A DNA stretch of 42,180 nucleotides from a virus (Duplodnaviria; Caudoviricetes). Position numbers and translations under genes: made by a program. This document shows positions 28,056 through 37,295 of this stretch, one piece after another (the stretch's first letter is position 1; each line of letters begins with the position of its first letter). The stretch lies in the IMG/VR virus record IMGVR_UViG_3300005611_000063, positions 1 to 42,180 of that record. The stretch is one strand, 5' to 3'. Under the pieces are notes generated by a model. It was given only the letters and a program-made list of their open reading frames with translations, had not been told where the DNA came from and made no database searches.

Positions 28056-28292
28056 ATGAACATTGCAGAGATCATAGAGCAACAACAAAAGGCGGCATTG
28101 TCTGACCTGATTGGCTGGGCAGGTGGTCAAAGCCGCTTAGCAACTAGGCTAGGAGTGAGCGAGCAGGTTATAACCAATTGGGTGCGCCGTGGAAGAATAA
28201 GCGCAAAGGCCGCAATACTGGCGGAGCAAAAAAGTAACGGGCTGATAAAAAAGGAGCAACTTAGACCGGAGGTGAAAACATGGCTTGTTTAG
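28056..28292 (+). CDS. Cro/YdaS-like HTH regulator
   Basis: GGQSRLA..LGVS.QVI.NW..RG and LRP motifs. Confidence 0.85.
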   Translation: MNIAEIIEQQQKAALSDLIGWAGGQSRLATRLGVSEQVITNWVRRGRISAKAAILAEQKSNGLIKKEQLRPEVKTWLV

Positions 28293-30544
28293 ATGACTAC
28301 GTTTATTCAGGGTTTAAAGTTTTTGGCGTGCACAAGATTTTATCAAGTGGTAAATGCGGCTGTGGTGATGAAGAATGCCAAGCTGCAGGCAAGCACCCCA
28401 TAAGCTCAGCTTGGCAATATACGCCGCTTTGGGATGATGATCAAATAGAAGCAATGCAAATGACAGGTCAATTTGACACGGGCTTTGGGGTGCTTTGTGA
28501 CAATCATTTGATTGTTGATGTTGATCCAAGGAATGGCGGCTTTGAAGGGTTAGAGCTATTAGAAAACTCGCTAGGCGTTGACTTAATAGAACAATCAGAA
28601 TTTGTCGTAAAAACTGGCGGCGGCGGTTGGCACATTTATTTTAAAAACCAAGGTAATGCAAGCTTAGTTAGTAAGTTAAAGCCGTTCAAAGGCGTTGACT
28701 TTAAAACGTCTGGCTTTGTTGTTGGTGCTGGTAGTATGCACAAGAGCGGTAACCGCTACGAAACGCACAAAGGAAACCCCGACGACATAAAAGAAGCGCC
28801 ACAGGGATTGTTAGAAGCACTCAAGCGACCAGAGCGGCAAGCAAGTAACACAGGTGTAAGCGGTGAAGCTGCCAATATTGACGAGCTACTACCGCATATA
28901 CCAGCCGATGATTACGAAGATTGGATTAGTGTAGGCATGGCCCTGCACCATGAGACAGACGGGGCAGGGTTTACGCAGTGGGACGAGTGGAGCAAGAAAA
29001 GCGATAAATATAACCCAAGGGGAATGGATCACAAATGGCATTCATTCGGTAAATGTTCGGAGCCAATCACCGCCGGAACACTGCGAAAAATGGCAGAAGA
29101 CAACGGCTACATTGAGCAAGTTACTTTTGAGCCGGATTATGAGTCAGACCACGGGCGAGAGGAAACGTCCGAGCCTGTAAACATCGCTGAAATAGATACC
29201 ACCATGCCGACGGGGTTCGCGGGTAAAATAGTCGAATGGATAAACCAAAATAGCTTATTTTTGCGTCAAAACCTATCAGTTGGCACTGCACTGTTCACGC
29301 TTGGAAATGCTGCCTCACTTGCGTATGACGATGATATGGGCGGGTCTAGCAATCTGTACGTGTTTGGTGTCGCTGGTAGCGCGACAGGCAAAGAAAAAAT
29401 TCAACAATGCTGTCATGAAATGATGAGAGAAGCAGGACTTAGCGCGGCGGTATACGGAAAAATAAAATCAGAGCAAGAAATAACACGAAATATTACGCGC
29501 CACAAGATAAGCGCCTACGTCATAGATGAGTTTGGCATCTTGCTCAGGAAATTAGAATCAGCATCAAAAAAAGGCGGCGCGGCTTATTTAGAGGGCGTTA
29601 TCGGCGAGCTAATGAGTGTATTCACCAAGTCTACCGGCTACTACCAAATAAGCGGTGATTTGCGCGGCAGCTTAATAAAAGACCTATCTGGCGAGATAGG
29701 TCGGATCATGAATATGGCAGATGAAAACGAAATTGACGACAGCGAAGCGGAAAAAAGAACAAAGCCGTTTATAGATCTGATCCAAGAAATTAAAAGCGGC
29801 GGCATTAAAAATCACCATTGTTCGCTAATTGGATTTACCACGCCTGTCACGTTTAACGAGTGCGTTAGCTATGAATCCGCAACCAATGGCTTTGTCGGTC
29901 GCGCCCTACTATTTGAAGATAAAGACACCAACCCACGCCCAAATCCATACTACAAAAAAACCGAACTCCCCAGTCATTACGCCATGAGACTAGCTCAAAT
30001 GACGGGCGGCGGCAGTGCGTCAATGGATAATGACGGGCCGATAATGCTGTCAGAGCATAGACAGCAGATAAAAACAGGAAAAGACGCGAGAGAGCTGTTA
30101 AGCCGTATCAGTGATTACTTTTTTGAATACTCGGATGCTCAGAAAGACATTAACGGTCTGGAAGCGCTACCAAGGAGAGCCTACGAGCTAATTTTGCGAG
30201 TTAGTTTTATATTAGCTTGCGCTGACGGTAAAGAGCGAACCACTGCCCATGTAAAATGGGCCTACGCTTTAGTTCGCAAAGATATTGACAACAAAATCAA
30301 TTTAGCAAGCGGCAACATTGCAGAGCAATATAAGCAAAAGCAAGACGAAATAACCAGCAAAGTTTTACATTGCTTAGATGACGCACACGGTGCAACACTC
30401 GGAGCCATATCAAACAGATACAGAAGATTAGGTAAAGAAAACATCCAAGCCTGCTTGGCGGCGCTTATAGATTCTGGGCAAGTGGTTAAGCGGGAGGAAA
30501 AACCCAAAAGGGGGCCAATTCGAACCGTATTTTTGAAACGATAA
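28280..30544 (+). CDS. DNA primase (Prim-Pol, PriCT-2, helicase-like domain, C-terminal wHTH)
   Basis: CGCG..C..GKHP, DVDPRNGG, TGGGG.H, YEDW..VGMALH, GSATGK and IDEFG motifs. Confidence 0.9.
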   Translation: MACLDDYVYSGFKVFGVHKILSSGKCGCGDEECQAAGKHPISSAWQYTPLWDDDQIEAMQMTGQFDTGFGVLCDNHLIVDVDPRNGGFEGLELLENSLGVDLIEQSEFVVKTGGGGWHIYFKNQGNASLVSKLKPFKGVDFKTSGFVVGAGSMHKSGNRYETHKGNPDDIKEAPQGLLEALKRPERQASNTGVSGEAANIDELLPHIPADDYEDWISVGMALHHETDGAGFTQWDEWSKKSDKYNPRGMDHKWHSFGKCSEPITAGTLRKMAEDNGYIEQVTFEPDYESDHGREETSEPVNIAEIDTTMPTGFAGKIVEWINQNSLFLRQNLSVGTALFTLGNAASLAYDDDMGGSSNLYVFGVAGSATGKEKIQQCCHEMMREAGLSAAVYGKIKSEQEITRNITRHKISAYVIDEFGILLRKLESASKKGGAAYLEGVIGELMSVFTKSTGYYQISGDLRGSLIKDLSGEIGRIMNMADENEIDDSEAEKRTKPFIDLIQEIKSGGIKNHHCSLIGFTTPVTFNECVSYESATNGFVGRALLFEDKDTNPRPNPYYKKTELPSHYAMRLAQMTGGGSASMDNDGPIMLSEHRQQIKTGKDARELLSRISDYFFEYSDAQKDINGLEALPRRAYELILRVSFILACADGKERTTAHVKWAYALVRKDIDNKINLASGNIAEQYKQKQDEITSKVLHCLDDAHGATLGAISNRYRRLGKENIQACLAALIDSGQVVKREEKPKRGPIRTVFLKR

Positions 30545-30547
30545 ATA

Positions 30548-30569
30548 ACGGGGCTTGCGCCCCTTTTTT
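30548..30569 (+). terminator. terminator after the primase gene
   Basis: ggggc-ttgc-gcccc plus T-tract. Confidence 0.8.
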
Positions 30570-30619
30570 GTACCTGATAGGCTTTTCAATATCGCTGCTT
30601 TTTCGCCGCTAAAAAGCAA

Positions 30620-30965
30620 AACCATCGTAAACTATAGTTCATGCACTAATGATAGTGACTATAGTTTTAGCCCAGTAATGGCGCGGCCTGTAGAAACTAT
30701 CGTAACTATAGTTACTTTAGTAGCAGTCTAAAAAAATCAATTTTTAAAATTTAAAATCGTAAACTGAAACTATAGTTACGATAGTTTTTTTGCGCCTAAA
30801 ATTTGACCCTTTTCTTATATAAGAAAATAATAATATTATTGTTTTATATATACTAGGAAGTAAGTAAGCGCTTACTTCAAAAAAAATAAAACTTCAGTTA
30901 AAACCATAGTTAAAAGCAATAACTTTAGTGACCACTGGTCAGTTAAAAAAATGAAAACTATCGCC
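30620..30965. other. putative replication origin
   Basis: Non-coding; repeated AACTATAGTT/AACTATCG boxes; 20-bp inverted repeat 30694-30713/30768-30787; AT-rich tract; next to primase. Confidence 0.7.
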
Positions 30966-31041
30966 CATTGATAAAAAGTAAATTTATTTTTTTATGTATC
31001 ATAGTGGTGTTGTTTTTGATGAAATTGGTGTTAATATCAAA

Positions 31042-31164
31042 GTCATCAAGTGAGCTGTAGCAAGTAAGCCTGATGATTGCTAGCAAGGATTTATTTTATG
31101 TTATGGGTCTAAGCTGTACGGTTTGTTCTTGTTGCCGTTTGCTACCAGTGGCGGCCCACCATAA
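31042..31164 (+). ncRNA. putative structured leader / antisense-type RNA
   Basis: Two stem-loops carrying complementary GTAGCAA and TTGCTAC segments. Confidence 0.4.
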
Positions 31165-31177
31165 AGCGAGCGAAACC

Positions 31178-31540
31178 ATGACAAATATTAGTTATATTAT
31201 CTCAAAACATGCAAAATTTGACCTGTATGGAATCTGCAAAGATTTAAGCCTGCCAACTGAAAGCCTACCAGACGATTTAGTCAACTTAAAAACCGCGAGC
31301 CAATACCTGCTATCAATTGGCGAGCTAGAACGCAATAATCTAGACATAAGGCGCAGGATTTACAAAACCATAGATACCATTGGGTACGCCAATTCAAGCC
31401 AAGTTAAAAACAGAAACAGAAAGACGGACGTTGATTTAATTCAAGCCGAGCTTGATCTAATGGTTGAAGATGGGCAATTGGTTGACATAACCGCCACACC
31501 ATTACGAGACCCTTCCACAATCAGATATATCCCCACGTAA
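31178..31540 (+). CDS. winged-helix protein resembling the primase C-terminus
   Basis: NR.R....IQA.L...GQLV pattern shared with the primase C-terminus; ATG at 31178. Confidence 0.65.
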   Translation: MTNISYIISKHAKFDLYGICKDLSLPTESLPDDLVNLKTASQYLLSIGELERNNLDIRRRIYKTIDTIGYANSSQVKNRNRKTDVDLIQAELDLMVEDGQLVDITATPLRDPSTIRYIPT

Positions 31541-31640
31541 AGCCGCCCCAACGGAAAAGACACGCAATCGGGTTGGCTAGATAATTGCGTCGCTTAAAAT
31601 GGATTACAGGGCGTTTAAAATAATTTAAAATTATTTGATA

Positions 31641-31675
31641 ATAACGCTTGCGTTATATAACTAAACATGTATAAT
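31641..31675 (+). promoter_or_regulatory. strong early promoter with overlapping palindrome
   Basis: TTGCGT-N16-TATAAT with upstream AT-rich tract; ATAACGC-tt-GCGTTAT dyad over the -35 box. Confidence 0.7.
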
Positions 31676-31722
31676 TAACTTATCAAATCGAGACACGCAA
31701 AACAAAACAGAAGGTAAGCAAA

Positions 31723-31953
31723 ATGATTTACACAGAAGAGCAAATAGACGCAAAGGTTTTAAAAGTTAAAGGCACTTGGGTAAAGCACAGAAATTTAAGA
31801 AACCGACTGGTCGCTGAAAGCAACGCAGAGGTTCAAAGACAAATTGATGAGATTAGAAAGCAAGTAAGAAAAGCCAAGCTTAACGGCGCAAAGGAACAAG
31901 ATTGCCGCGGGCTTTACGCCGAAATAACAAAGCTAGAATTAAGACTTTTGTAA
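31723..31953 (+). CDS. early hypothetical protein
   Basis: RBS aaggt; follows the promoter. Confidence 0.75.
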   Translation: MIYTEEQIDAKVLKVKGTWVKHRNLRNRLVAESNAEVQRQIDEIRKQVRKAKLNGAKEQDCRGLYAEITKLELRLL

Positions 31954-32002
31954 TAAATCAACAAAAACGCGCCCATAACGGGCGCAAAGGGGAGGTGATA
32001 GG

Positions 32003-32191
32003 GTGATTATCTTAAACATTTTAATAGTTTTTGTTTGCTTTTTTGTTGCTGGAATTTTAGCGGAAAGGCACGATAAGCCTAAAAGTTATTCGTTGATGGG
32101 TTTAGTTTGCGCTCTGTGCGCCGCGGGAACTTTCTTTTTGTGTGTGATTATCGGCGAAGTTAAAATACTAGCAGAGGCAGGTTGTAAATGA
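32003..32191 (+). CDS. small two-TM membrane protein
   Basis: RBS ggaggt; two hydrophobic segments. Confidence 0.65.
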   Translation: MIILNILIVFVCFFVAGILAERHDKPKSYSLMGLVCALCAAGTFFLCVIIGEVKILAEAGCK

Positions 32192-32418
32192 GTAAAGAAA
32201 ATAAAAGTTACAAAGGTGAGCGCTCTGAATCATCAGGTAGAACGATTCAACTTAGAGAAAGTGAGGCGCTATTTATAAGGTTTTATCATGAAAATGAAGA
32301 AATCGGTAGAATGAACATAAAAGATGGAAAGCTAACATTTACGGGTGATGTAGATGAAAGTGCAAGGTTGTTTTTTGATAAAGTCATTTCAATACATAGC
32401 GAGTTCATGAGCAGATGA
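32188..32418 (+). CDS. hypothetical protein
   Basis: Overlapping start/stop coupling; FTGDVDESA..FF motif. Confidence 0.7.
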   Translation: MSKENKSYKGERSESSGRTIQLRESEALFIRFYHENEEIGRMNIKDGKLTFTGDVDESARLFFDKVISIHSEFMSR

Positions 32419-32600
32419 TTATTTTTAATTTGATAACGGCGATTTTGCTTATCGTGGCGTCTGCTTTCCAGTTTCTAAGGGGTGAAGAAACTGAAGATTT
32501 TTCAGTGATATTGCTTGGTGGTGTAACGTTTGGGTTTGGATTGTACTTGCTTTGTCTAACCGGAAGCGAGTTTGAAATTATTGTCAAGGTAGCGGGGTAA
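32415..32600 (+). CDS. small two-TM membrane protein
   Basis: ATGA coupling; hydrophobic. Confidence 0.6.
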   Translation: MIIFNLITAILLIVASAFQFLRGEETEDFSVILLGGVTFGFGLYLLCLTGSEFEIIVKVAG

Positions 32601-32602
32601 AA

Positions 32603-32788
32603 ATGCACATAAAAGAAATGATTGAAGAACTGGGTGGCAATCGAAAAGAGATTGCAAAGCAGGCGGGGATATCAGAGTTTGATCTAAACAACAGGGTGAG
32701 CCGCGGCGTTCAAGTTGAATTATTGGCGGATGGGCGCTGGGTGTCTGTTAGGCGTGATACGGCTTATTTTGGTGAAAAAAAGCAATAA
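32603..32788 (+). CDS. small HTH DNA-binding protein
   Basis: GGNRKEIAKQAGISEFDLNNRVSRG HTH-like pattern. Confidence 0.65.
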   Translation: MHIKEMIEELGGNRKEIAKQAGISEFDLNNRVSRGVQVELLADGRWVSVRRDTAYFGEKKQ

Positions 32789-32835
32789 GTCATAGCTAAA
32801 AGTTATTTCAAAAAGCGGTTAAATTGAGATAACTT
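32782..32835 (+). promoter_or_regulatory. motif promoter
   Basis: GCAAT-N5-ATAGC-N5-GTTAT-TTCAAA-N17-TAACTT. Confidence 0.65.
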
Positions 32836-32864
32836 TTAGTCAACAAAACATTTGGAGTTAGAAA

Positions 32865-33524
32865 ATGAACGAAAAACAAAAATTAATGGACGCGCTAAGA
32901 AAGCACCATCAGACAGGCCCATATGTAGATTTTGAAGCCGTGGCTATGCGTGATAACTTAAGCCATTTGCATGAAGCTTGGCTGGATAATGCGCCGATTT
33001 TAGTAGCTGGCGAGCGCTTTGATTTAATAAATTACAGCGGTAGTTCAAGTGACTACCAGCCGCAAAATTCCGATGAGCCAACCAAAAACGAATTAATATT
33101 GGCAATTATCAATCATCAAAACACAAATAAAAAAATGCCACTGGCGAACCTTGAGCGTCTAACAAGCGATGAATTTAAACATTTGCGAGAGGCATGGTTA
33201 AGCGGTTATGAAATATCAATCGGCTACAACAAAGGACTTAAATATTCATACGACATAAACCCCAAAAACTACCAACCAGCACCAAAAACTGAAGTGCGAT
33301 TTGGCGTGGATGATGCGCCTATGTCTATCAGAGGCGAGGCAAAAGATGATGATTGGGTTGTTTTTGTTGACGGGAAAGGCGCTGTATCAACATATCAATG
33401 CTACCAAGTTGCGCTTGATGAAATAGCAATTAAGATTGGCGTCTACCGCAAAAAAGAAGATGCGCTGCGAGTTGTCGATTTGGTCAATGACGTGCTAAAA
33501 AACACGTTAAAGGTTGATATTTAG
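32865..33524 (+). CDS. hypothetical protein with an internal domain duplication
   Basis: HL.EAWL...YQP occurs twice; RBS ggag. Confidence 0.75.
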   Translation: MNEKQKLMDALRKHHQTGPYVDFEAVAMRDNLSHLHEAWLDNAPILVAGERFDLINYSGSSSDYQPQNSDEPTKNELILAIINHQNTNKKMPLANLERLTSDEFKHLREAWLSGYEISIGYNKGLKYSYDINPKNYQPAPKTEVRFGVDDAPMSIRGEAKDDDWVVFVDGKGAVSTYQCYQVALDEIAIKIGVYRKKEDALRVVDLVNDVLKNTLKVDI

Positions 33525-33576
33525 GGCGGATTAATCCGCCCGCTTTGCAAAAAGTCAAGTAAAATTTGAGGTTTTT

Positions 33577-33786
33577 ATGCAATTAATTTTGAATCCGGCT
33601 AGTGAGCCGCCAGAAAACGATAGAGATATATTACTAGTGATTGAAGATGGTGAATTGGTAACCAGCAACGGGCTGCTCACTATTCAGGGTTTTTATAAAA
33701 GCGAATTTTTCACCTCATATGCCGACTACGTGGATAGCGCCTCAATTTTAGGCTGGTGTGAAATGCCAAAAATAGAGCTTAAATAA
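33577..33786 (+). CDS. DUF551-like small protein
   Basis: ASEPPE..ILL and W.EMP motifs; RBS gagg. Confidence 0.6.
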   Translation: MQLILNPASEPPENDRDILLVIEDGELVTSNGLLTIQGFYKSEFFTSYADYVDSASILGWCEMPKIELK

Positions 33787-33846
33787 CAAAAAGCTATAAC
33801 GCATAACAAATGGTTATTTCACAATAGCCATTTTTGGCGTGATAAT
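33783..33846 (+). promoter_or_regulatory. motif promoter (best match to consensus)
   Basis: ATAAC-N5-GCTAT-N5-ATAAC-N5-GTTAT-TTCACA-N17-GATAAT. Confidence 0.8.
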
Positions 33847-33874
33847 TAGGCAAACCAAAGCAGAGGGTAATGAA

Positions 33875-34519
33875 ATGAAAATTAAATTTAACAAAGATTA
33901 TTTGCAAGTATTGGCTAAGTTCAAGGCCAAAAAAACCGACGTTAGACAGTATTTGCAAGGGCTTCATGTGAAACCACATCCCGAGCAAGGGGTCATTCTA
34001 ACAGCCGCAGACGGGCATAGGTTAGTTGTTATCTATGACAAATACGGAAGTGCCGACTGTGAAGTAATTTTGCCAATCTCGGCGGCTTTATTGAGCGCGT
34101 CTAAAAAAGCCAAATCTCCATGTAAACTTCCGCTAGAAGAAATTCAGATTGTCGATGGAAAAGCTTATGTTTTGCACTCAAGTACATATGAAAGAGGATG
34201 GTTCTTTGAAGACTGCGAAATAAACGAGTTAGCAGTGGCTCACGTTGAGTACATCAAGCCAATCGACGGAAAGTACCCTAATATTAAGCGCGTTCTTGAT
34301 GGTATTGAATTTGCCCCAGCACAAAACTTTTGCGTAAGGCCGGATTATCTTGGAGACCTGCAATCCTTGGGTGAATATTTAAGCTTCGGCATATGCGGCA
34401 ATGACGGGAAGATCGTTGCAGTCGGTGGGAACGATGAAGAAATTCTAGCTGTTGTCATGCCATCTGTCATCGGTTACGAGCTAAGAAAATTACCAGACTT
34501 CGCTAAGCATTGTGTATGA
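33875..34519 (+). CDS. DNA polymerase III beta-clamp-like protein (short)
   Basis: DVR.YL.G, AADGHRL, DGKYP...RV and VVMP motifs. Confidence 0.75.
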   Translation: MKIKFNKDYLQVLAKFKAKKTDVRQYLQGLHVKPHPEQGVILTAADGHRLVVIYDKYGSADCEVILPISAALLSASKKAKSPCKLPLEEIQIVDGKAYVLHSSTYERGWFFEDCEINELAVAHVEYIKPIDGKYPNIKRVLDGIEFAPAQNFCVRPDYLGDLQSLGEYLSFGICGNDGKIVAVGGNDEEILAVVMPSVIGYELRKLPDFAKHCV

Positions 34520-34535
34520 GATGAGTATTTAAATA

Positions 34536-34688
34536 ATGAATGGGAACATTAACGCGGCGTTAATTCATCTTGATAGAGCGCTTGAGGATGCTAAATGTGG
34601 ACATTATAATTTCGCAATTGAAGCAATTGAATCCGCAAAAGATGAGCTTTTAAAGTTTATTGAACGTGAGGAAGACAAGGGCGAATAA
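34536..34688 (+). CDS. 50-aa hypothetical protein
   Basis: Open frame MNGNINAAL...KGE*, below the ORF-track cutoff. Confidence 0.5.
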   Translation: MNGNINAALIHLDRALEDAKCGHYNFAIEAIESAKDELLKFIEREEDKGE

Positions 34689-34696
34689 CGCCCTTT

Positions 34697-34750
34697 GTTA
34701 TATCTTATGCATTTTCGTTATTTCACAAGCTTTAACATTTGATTGATAAT
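34697..34750 (+). promoter_or_regulatory. motif promoter
   Basis: GTTAT-N5-ATGCA-N5-GTTAT-TTCACA-N17-GATAAT. Confidence 0.75.
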
Positions 34751-34778
34751 TAGGGTTGTCAAAACGAAGGGGTAAACA

Positions 34779-34944
34779 ATGGTTAATCCAGAAAAAAAAC
34801 GCTGGCTTTGTAATTGGCTGTGTAATATTGCTAGGCTCATTTATAGCTGTTGCGGCGCTAGATATTAGCCATACCGTGAGTGATAAAGGTAGTGACAAAA
34901 AGTCAGACTGCGAATGTGTCAAATTGGACAAAATAGGCGCTTAA
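34779..34944 (+). pseudogene. small TM protein gene frameshifted at an A8 tract
   Basis: ATG after aagggg is out of frame with the TM-encoding ORF; removing one A fuses them. Confidence 0.5.
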
Positions 34945-34945
34945 T

Positions 34946-35119
34946 ATGAAAGACTTACAAAATCAAAGTTTGATAGCATTGGCAGAAAGAATTATTGGTT
35001 TAAAAAACTTGATCGTTAGTGAAAGAAAAGACTGGGCTGGTTCGATGATAATTGAGCTAGCGACTGATGAAATTGAGCGTATCTCGAAAGAGATAAAACG
35101 ACGTGGTGAGGGGGTTTAG
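34946..35119 (+). CDS. 57-aa hypothetical protein
   Basis: Open frame MKDLQNQS...GEGV*. Confidence 0.55.
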   Translation: MKDLQNQSLIALAERIIGLKNLIVSERKDWAGSMIIELATDEIERISKEIKRRGEGV

Positions 35120-35120
35120 T

Positions 35121-35300
35121 GTGGAATTTGAAGATATTGACGACATGCACCAGCGGGCAAAAGTGATAAACGGCTGGATTGTCAAGACCTTTCAGGATGT
35201 TTATCACTATCGTGAACATTTAGGCGACGTAACATGTGGGCATGACTTCCGCGTTGCAATGGTTTTTGTTCCTGACCCCAACCATGAGTGGGAGATTTGA
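35121..35300 (+). CDS. hypothetical protein
   Basis: GTG after gagggg; RAKVINGWIV..FVPDPNHEW motif. Confidence 0.65.
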   Translation: MEFEDIDDMHQRAKVINGWIVKTFQDVYHYREHLGDVTCGHDFRVAMVFVPDPNHEWEI

Positions 35301-35416
35301 TATGATAGAAATTGATTGCTTTTTTCGTTTCCGGATCTAACCACCTCCACAACTTGCCCAACCCCACCCCCTTGTGTTATATTCTTGCTATAAATAAACT
35401 AATCACAGGCGTTAAC

Positions 35417-35896
35417 ATGAGCGCAGAAAAAAAGCGAGGCAATCCAAACGTTAGCTCACCAGACATTAGCGAGCGTCCTAAAAGCCTTTGGTGCCCAGAA
35501 ATAGAAGACGAATTAAAGGGCTATCTGTTCGACGATCAAGACGACCCGAATTCTCGGCACTGGAAAAACAGCGAGCATGACCGACCGTCAATTTTGTATT
35601 TTGCTAAATATCTGATAGAGAAGGCTGGTAGAGAAGGCAAAACCAAGCCTTTAGTCGCTCATCGAACGCTAAAAGACTGGGCGGCAAATAAAGAGCACCC
35701 AGCCTATGATTATTTGCAGTGTATAAAAACCATTGGCGAAGCTCACCTATTAGACGATGCACTAGCAAGCAAAGTAAACCCAATGATTGCTAAAATGGCT
35801 CTGTCCTCTTATTACGGCGTTGATGAAAAGTCAGTGACTGAATCCAAAATACAAGTTAAAAAAGGCTTTGATGACTGGTACGCGTCCGAGTCTTAA
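35417..35896 (+). CDS. terminase small subunit
   Basis: Overlaps the TerL start; NPMIAKMAL motif; ATG at 35417. Confidence 0.7.
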   Translation: MSAEKKRGNPNVSSPDISERPKSLWCPEIEDELKGYLFDDQDDPNSRHWKNSEHDRPSILYFAKYLIEKAGREGKTKPLVAHRTLKDWAANKEHPAYDYLQCIKTIGEAHLLDDALASKVNPMIAKMALSSYYGVDEKSVTESKIQVKKGFDDWYASES

Positions 35897-37295
35897 TCCA
35901 TATCTTAAAGACTTTTGGCGACCACCAGCAGACCCAGAAACCGGACGCAGGTTTAAACCGCGCGTTCGCGTTTTGCATGGTGGGCGGTCAAGCGGCAAAA
36001 CTTGGGACACGGCTGCAATTGCTGTGTTTTTTGCGTCACAATATCGCGTGCGCATCCTATGCACCCGCATGTTTCAAAACCGCTTGCAAGATTCGGTTTA
36101 CAGCGAGATAAAATCGCAGGTCGAGCGGTTCAGTTTAACAGATCAATTCGAGTTCACAAAAAACGGCATTATAAACACGGCAACTGGCTCAGAGTTCCTT
36201 TTTTACGGCATAGCCCGCAACATCGACGAAATTAAGGGCTTGTCTGGAATAGATATTTTGTGGATTGAAGAAGCCCACAATTTAACTAAAGAAATGTTTG
36301 ACCTGCTCGAACCAACTGTAATGCGTAATGAAGGGGCGGAAATTTGGGTAGTGTTTAACCCGCGTTCACGCCGCGACTTCGCTTATGATTACATGGTAAC
36401 CAAGGGGCAGCACCGCCCAGATTATCTAGTTAGACAAATAAATTACACCGAAAACCCATTTCTAAGCTCAACGATGATTAAAACTATCGAAGCAAAACGC
36501 TTGGAAGATGAGGACGATTTTAATCACATTTACCGCGGCGAGCCGAGAGACGATGACGACCTAGTTATCATTAAACGAGCGTGGCTACTGGCTTGCGTCG
36601 ATGCTCATAAAAAGCTTGATATCAAACAGGGGAAAATGCGCGCTGGCTATGACGTGGCGGACAGTGGCGACGACAAAAACGCTTTGATTTTGGCTAGCGG
36701 AAACGTGTCGCTAGCGTCCGAACAATGGAAAGCCAAGGAAGACGAGCTTTATCAATCAAGCGAACGGGTTTATAAAGTTGCTCGTGATAATGAAGCAATG
36801 ATTGTTTACGATGGCTTGGGAGTTGGCGCGGGAACCGGATCTAATTACAAGAAAATCAAGAAAGCCGACACAAGCGGACAAGCTTACAAAGTGGGTGATT
36901 GCATAGCATGGAAAGCTAGTGGCGAAGTAATGAACAAGAAAAAATCATTTGACGGCAAAGTTACCAATGGTGAAATGTTTGAAAATGTCAAGGCGCAATC
37001 GTGGTGGCATTATCGCAAGCTAGCAATGAACACATACAATGCAATTAACAAAGGGATGGAATTTAAGCCTCATGAGTTGCTAAGCCTAAGCTCAGAAATG
37101 GATAACTTAGACCAGTTAATTGATGAGCTATCCGCGCCATATAGAGCGCAAAGTAACAACCTAAAAATGATGGTTGAGAAAAAGTCAGACATGGCTAAGC
37201 GCGGCATTCCTTCGCCAAATCTAGCAGACGCTGAAATAATGGCTAAAACGCCGTTTATTCGTGTTCCAAAAGTCATTGTTCAGGGGTTTGATTGA
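35871..37295 (+). CDS. terL: terminase large subunit (PBSX-like, likely headful)
   Basis: GGRSSGKT, WIEEA, FNP, YDVAD.G.D and SPNLADA motifs. Confidence 0.93.
   Translation: MTGTRPSLNPYLKDFWRPPADPETGRRFKPRVRVLHGGRSSGKTWDTAAIAVFFASQYRVRILCTRMFQNRLQDSVYSEIKSQVERFSLTDQFEFTKNGIINTATGSEFLFYGIARNIDEIKGLSGIDILWIEEAHNLTKEMFDLLEPTVMRNEGAEIWVVFNPRSRRDFAYDYMVTKGQHRPDYLVRQINYTENPFLSSTMIKTIEAKRLEDEDDFNHIYRGEPRDDDDLVIIKRAWLLACVDAHKKLDIKQGKMRAGYDVADSGDDKNALILASGNVSLASEQWKAKEDELYQSSERVYKVARDNEAMIVYDGLGVGAGTGSNYKKIKKADTSGQAYKVGDCIAWKASGEVMNKKKSFDGKVTNGEMFENVKAQSWWHYRKLAMNTYNAINKGMEFKPHELLSLSSEMDNLDQLIDELSAPYRAQSNNLKMMVEKKSDMAKRGIPSPNLADAEIMAKTPFIRVPKVIVQGFD

Noticed and set aside
28056-28292. Lysogeny module
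   Set aside because: Only a Cro-like gene; the divergent gene is a Sak4-like ATPase, and no CI, integrase or partition genes were recognised
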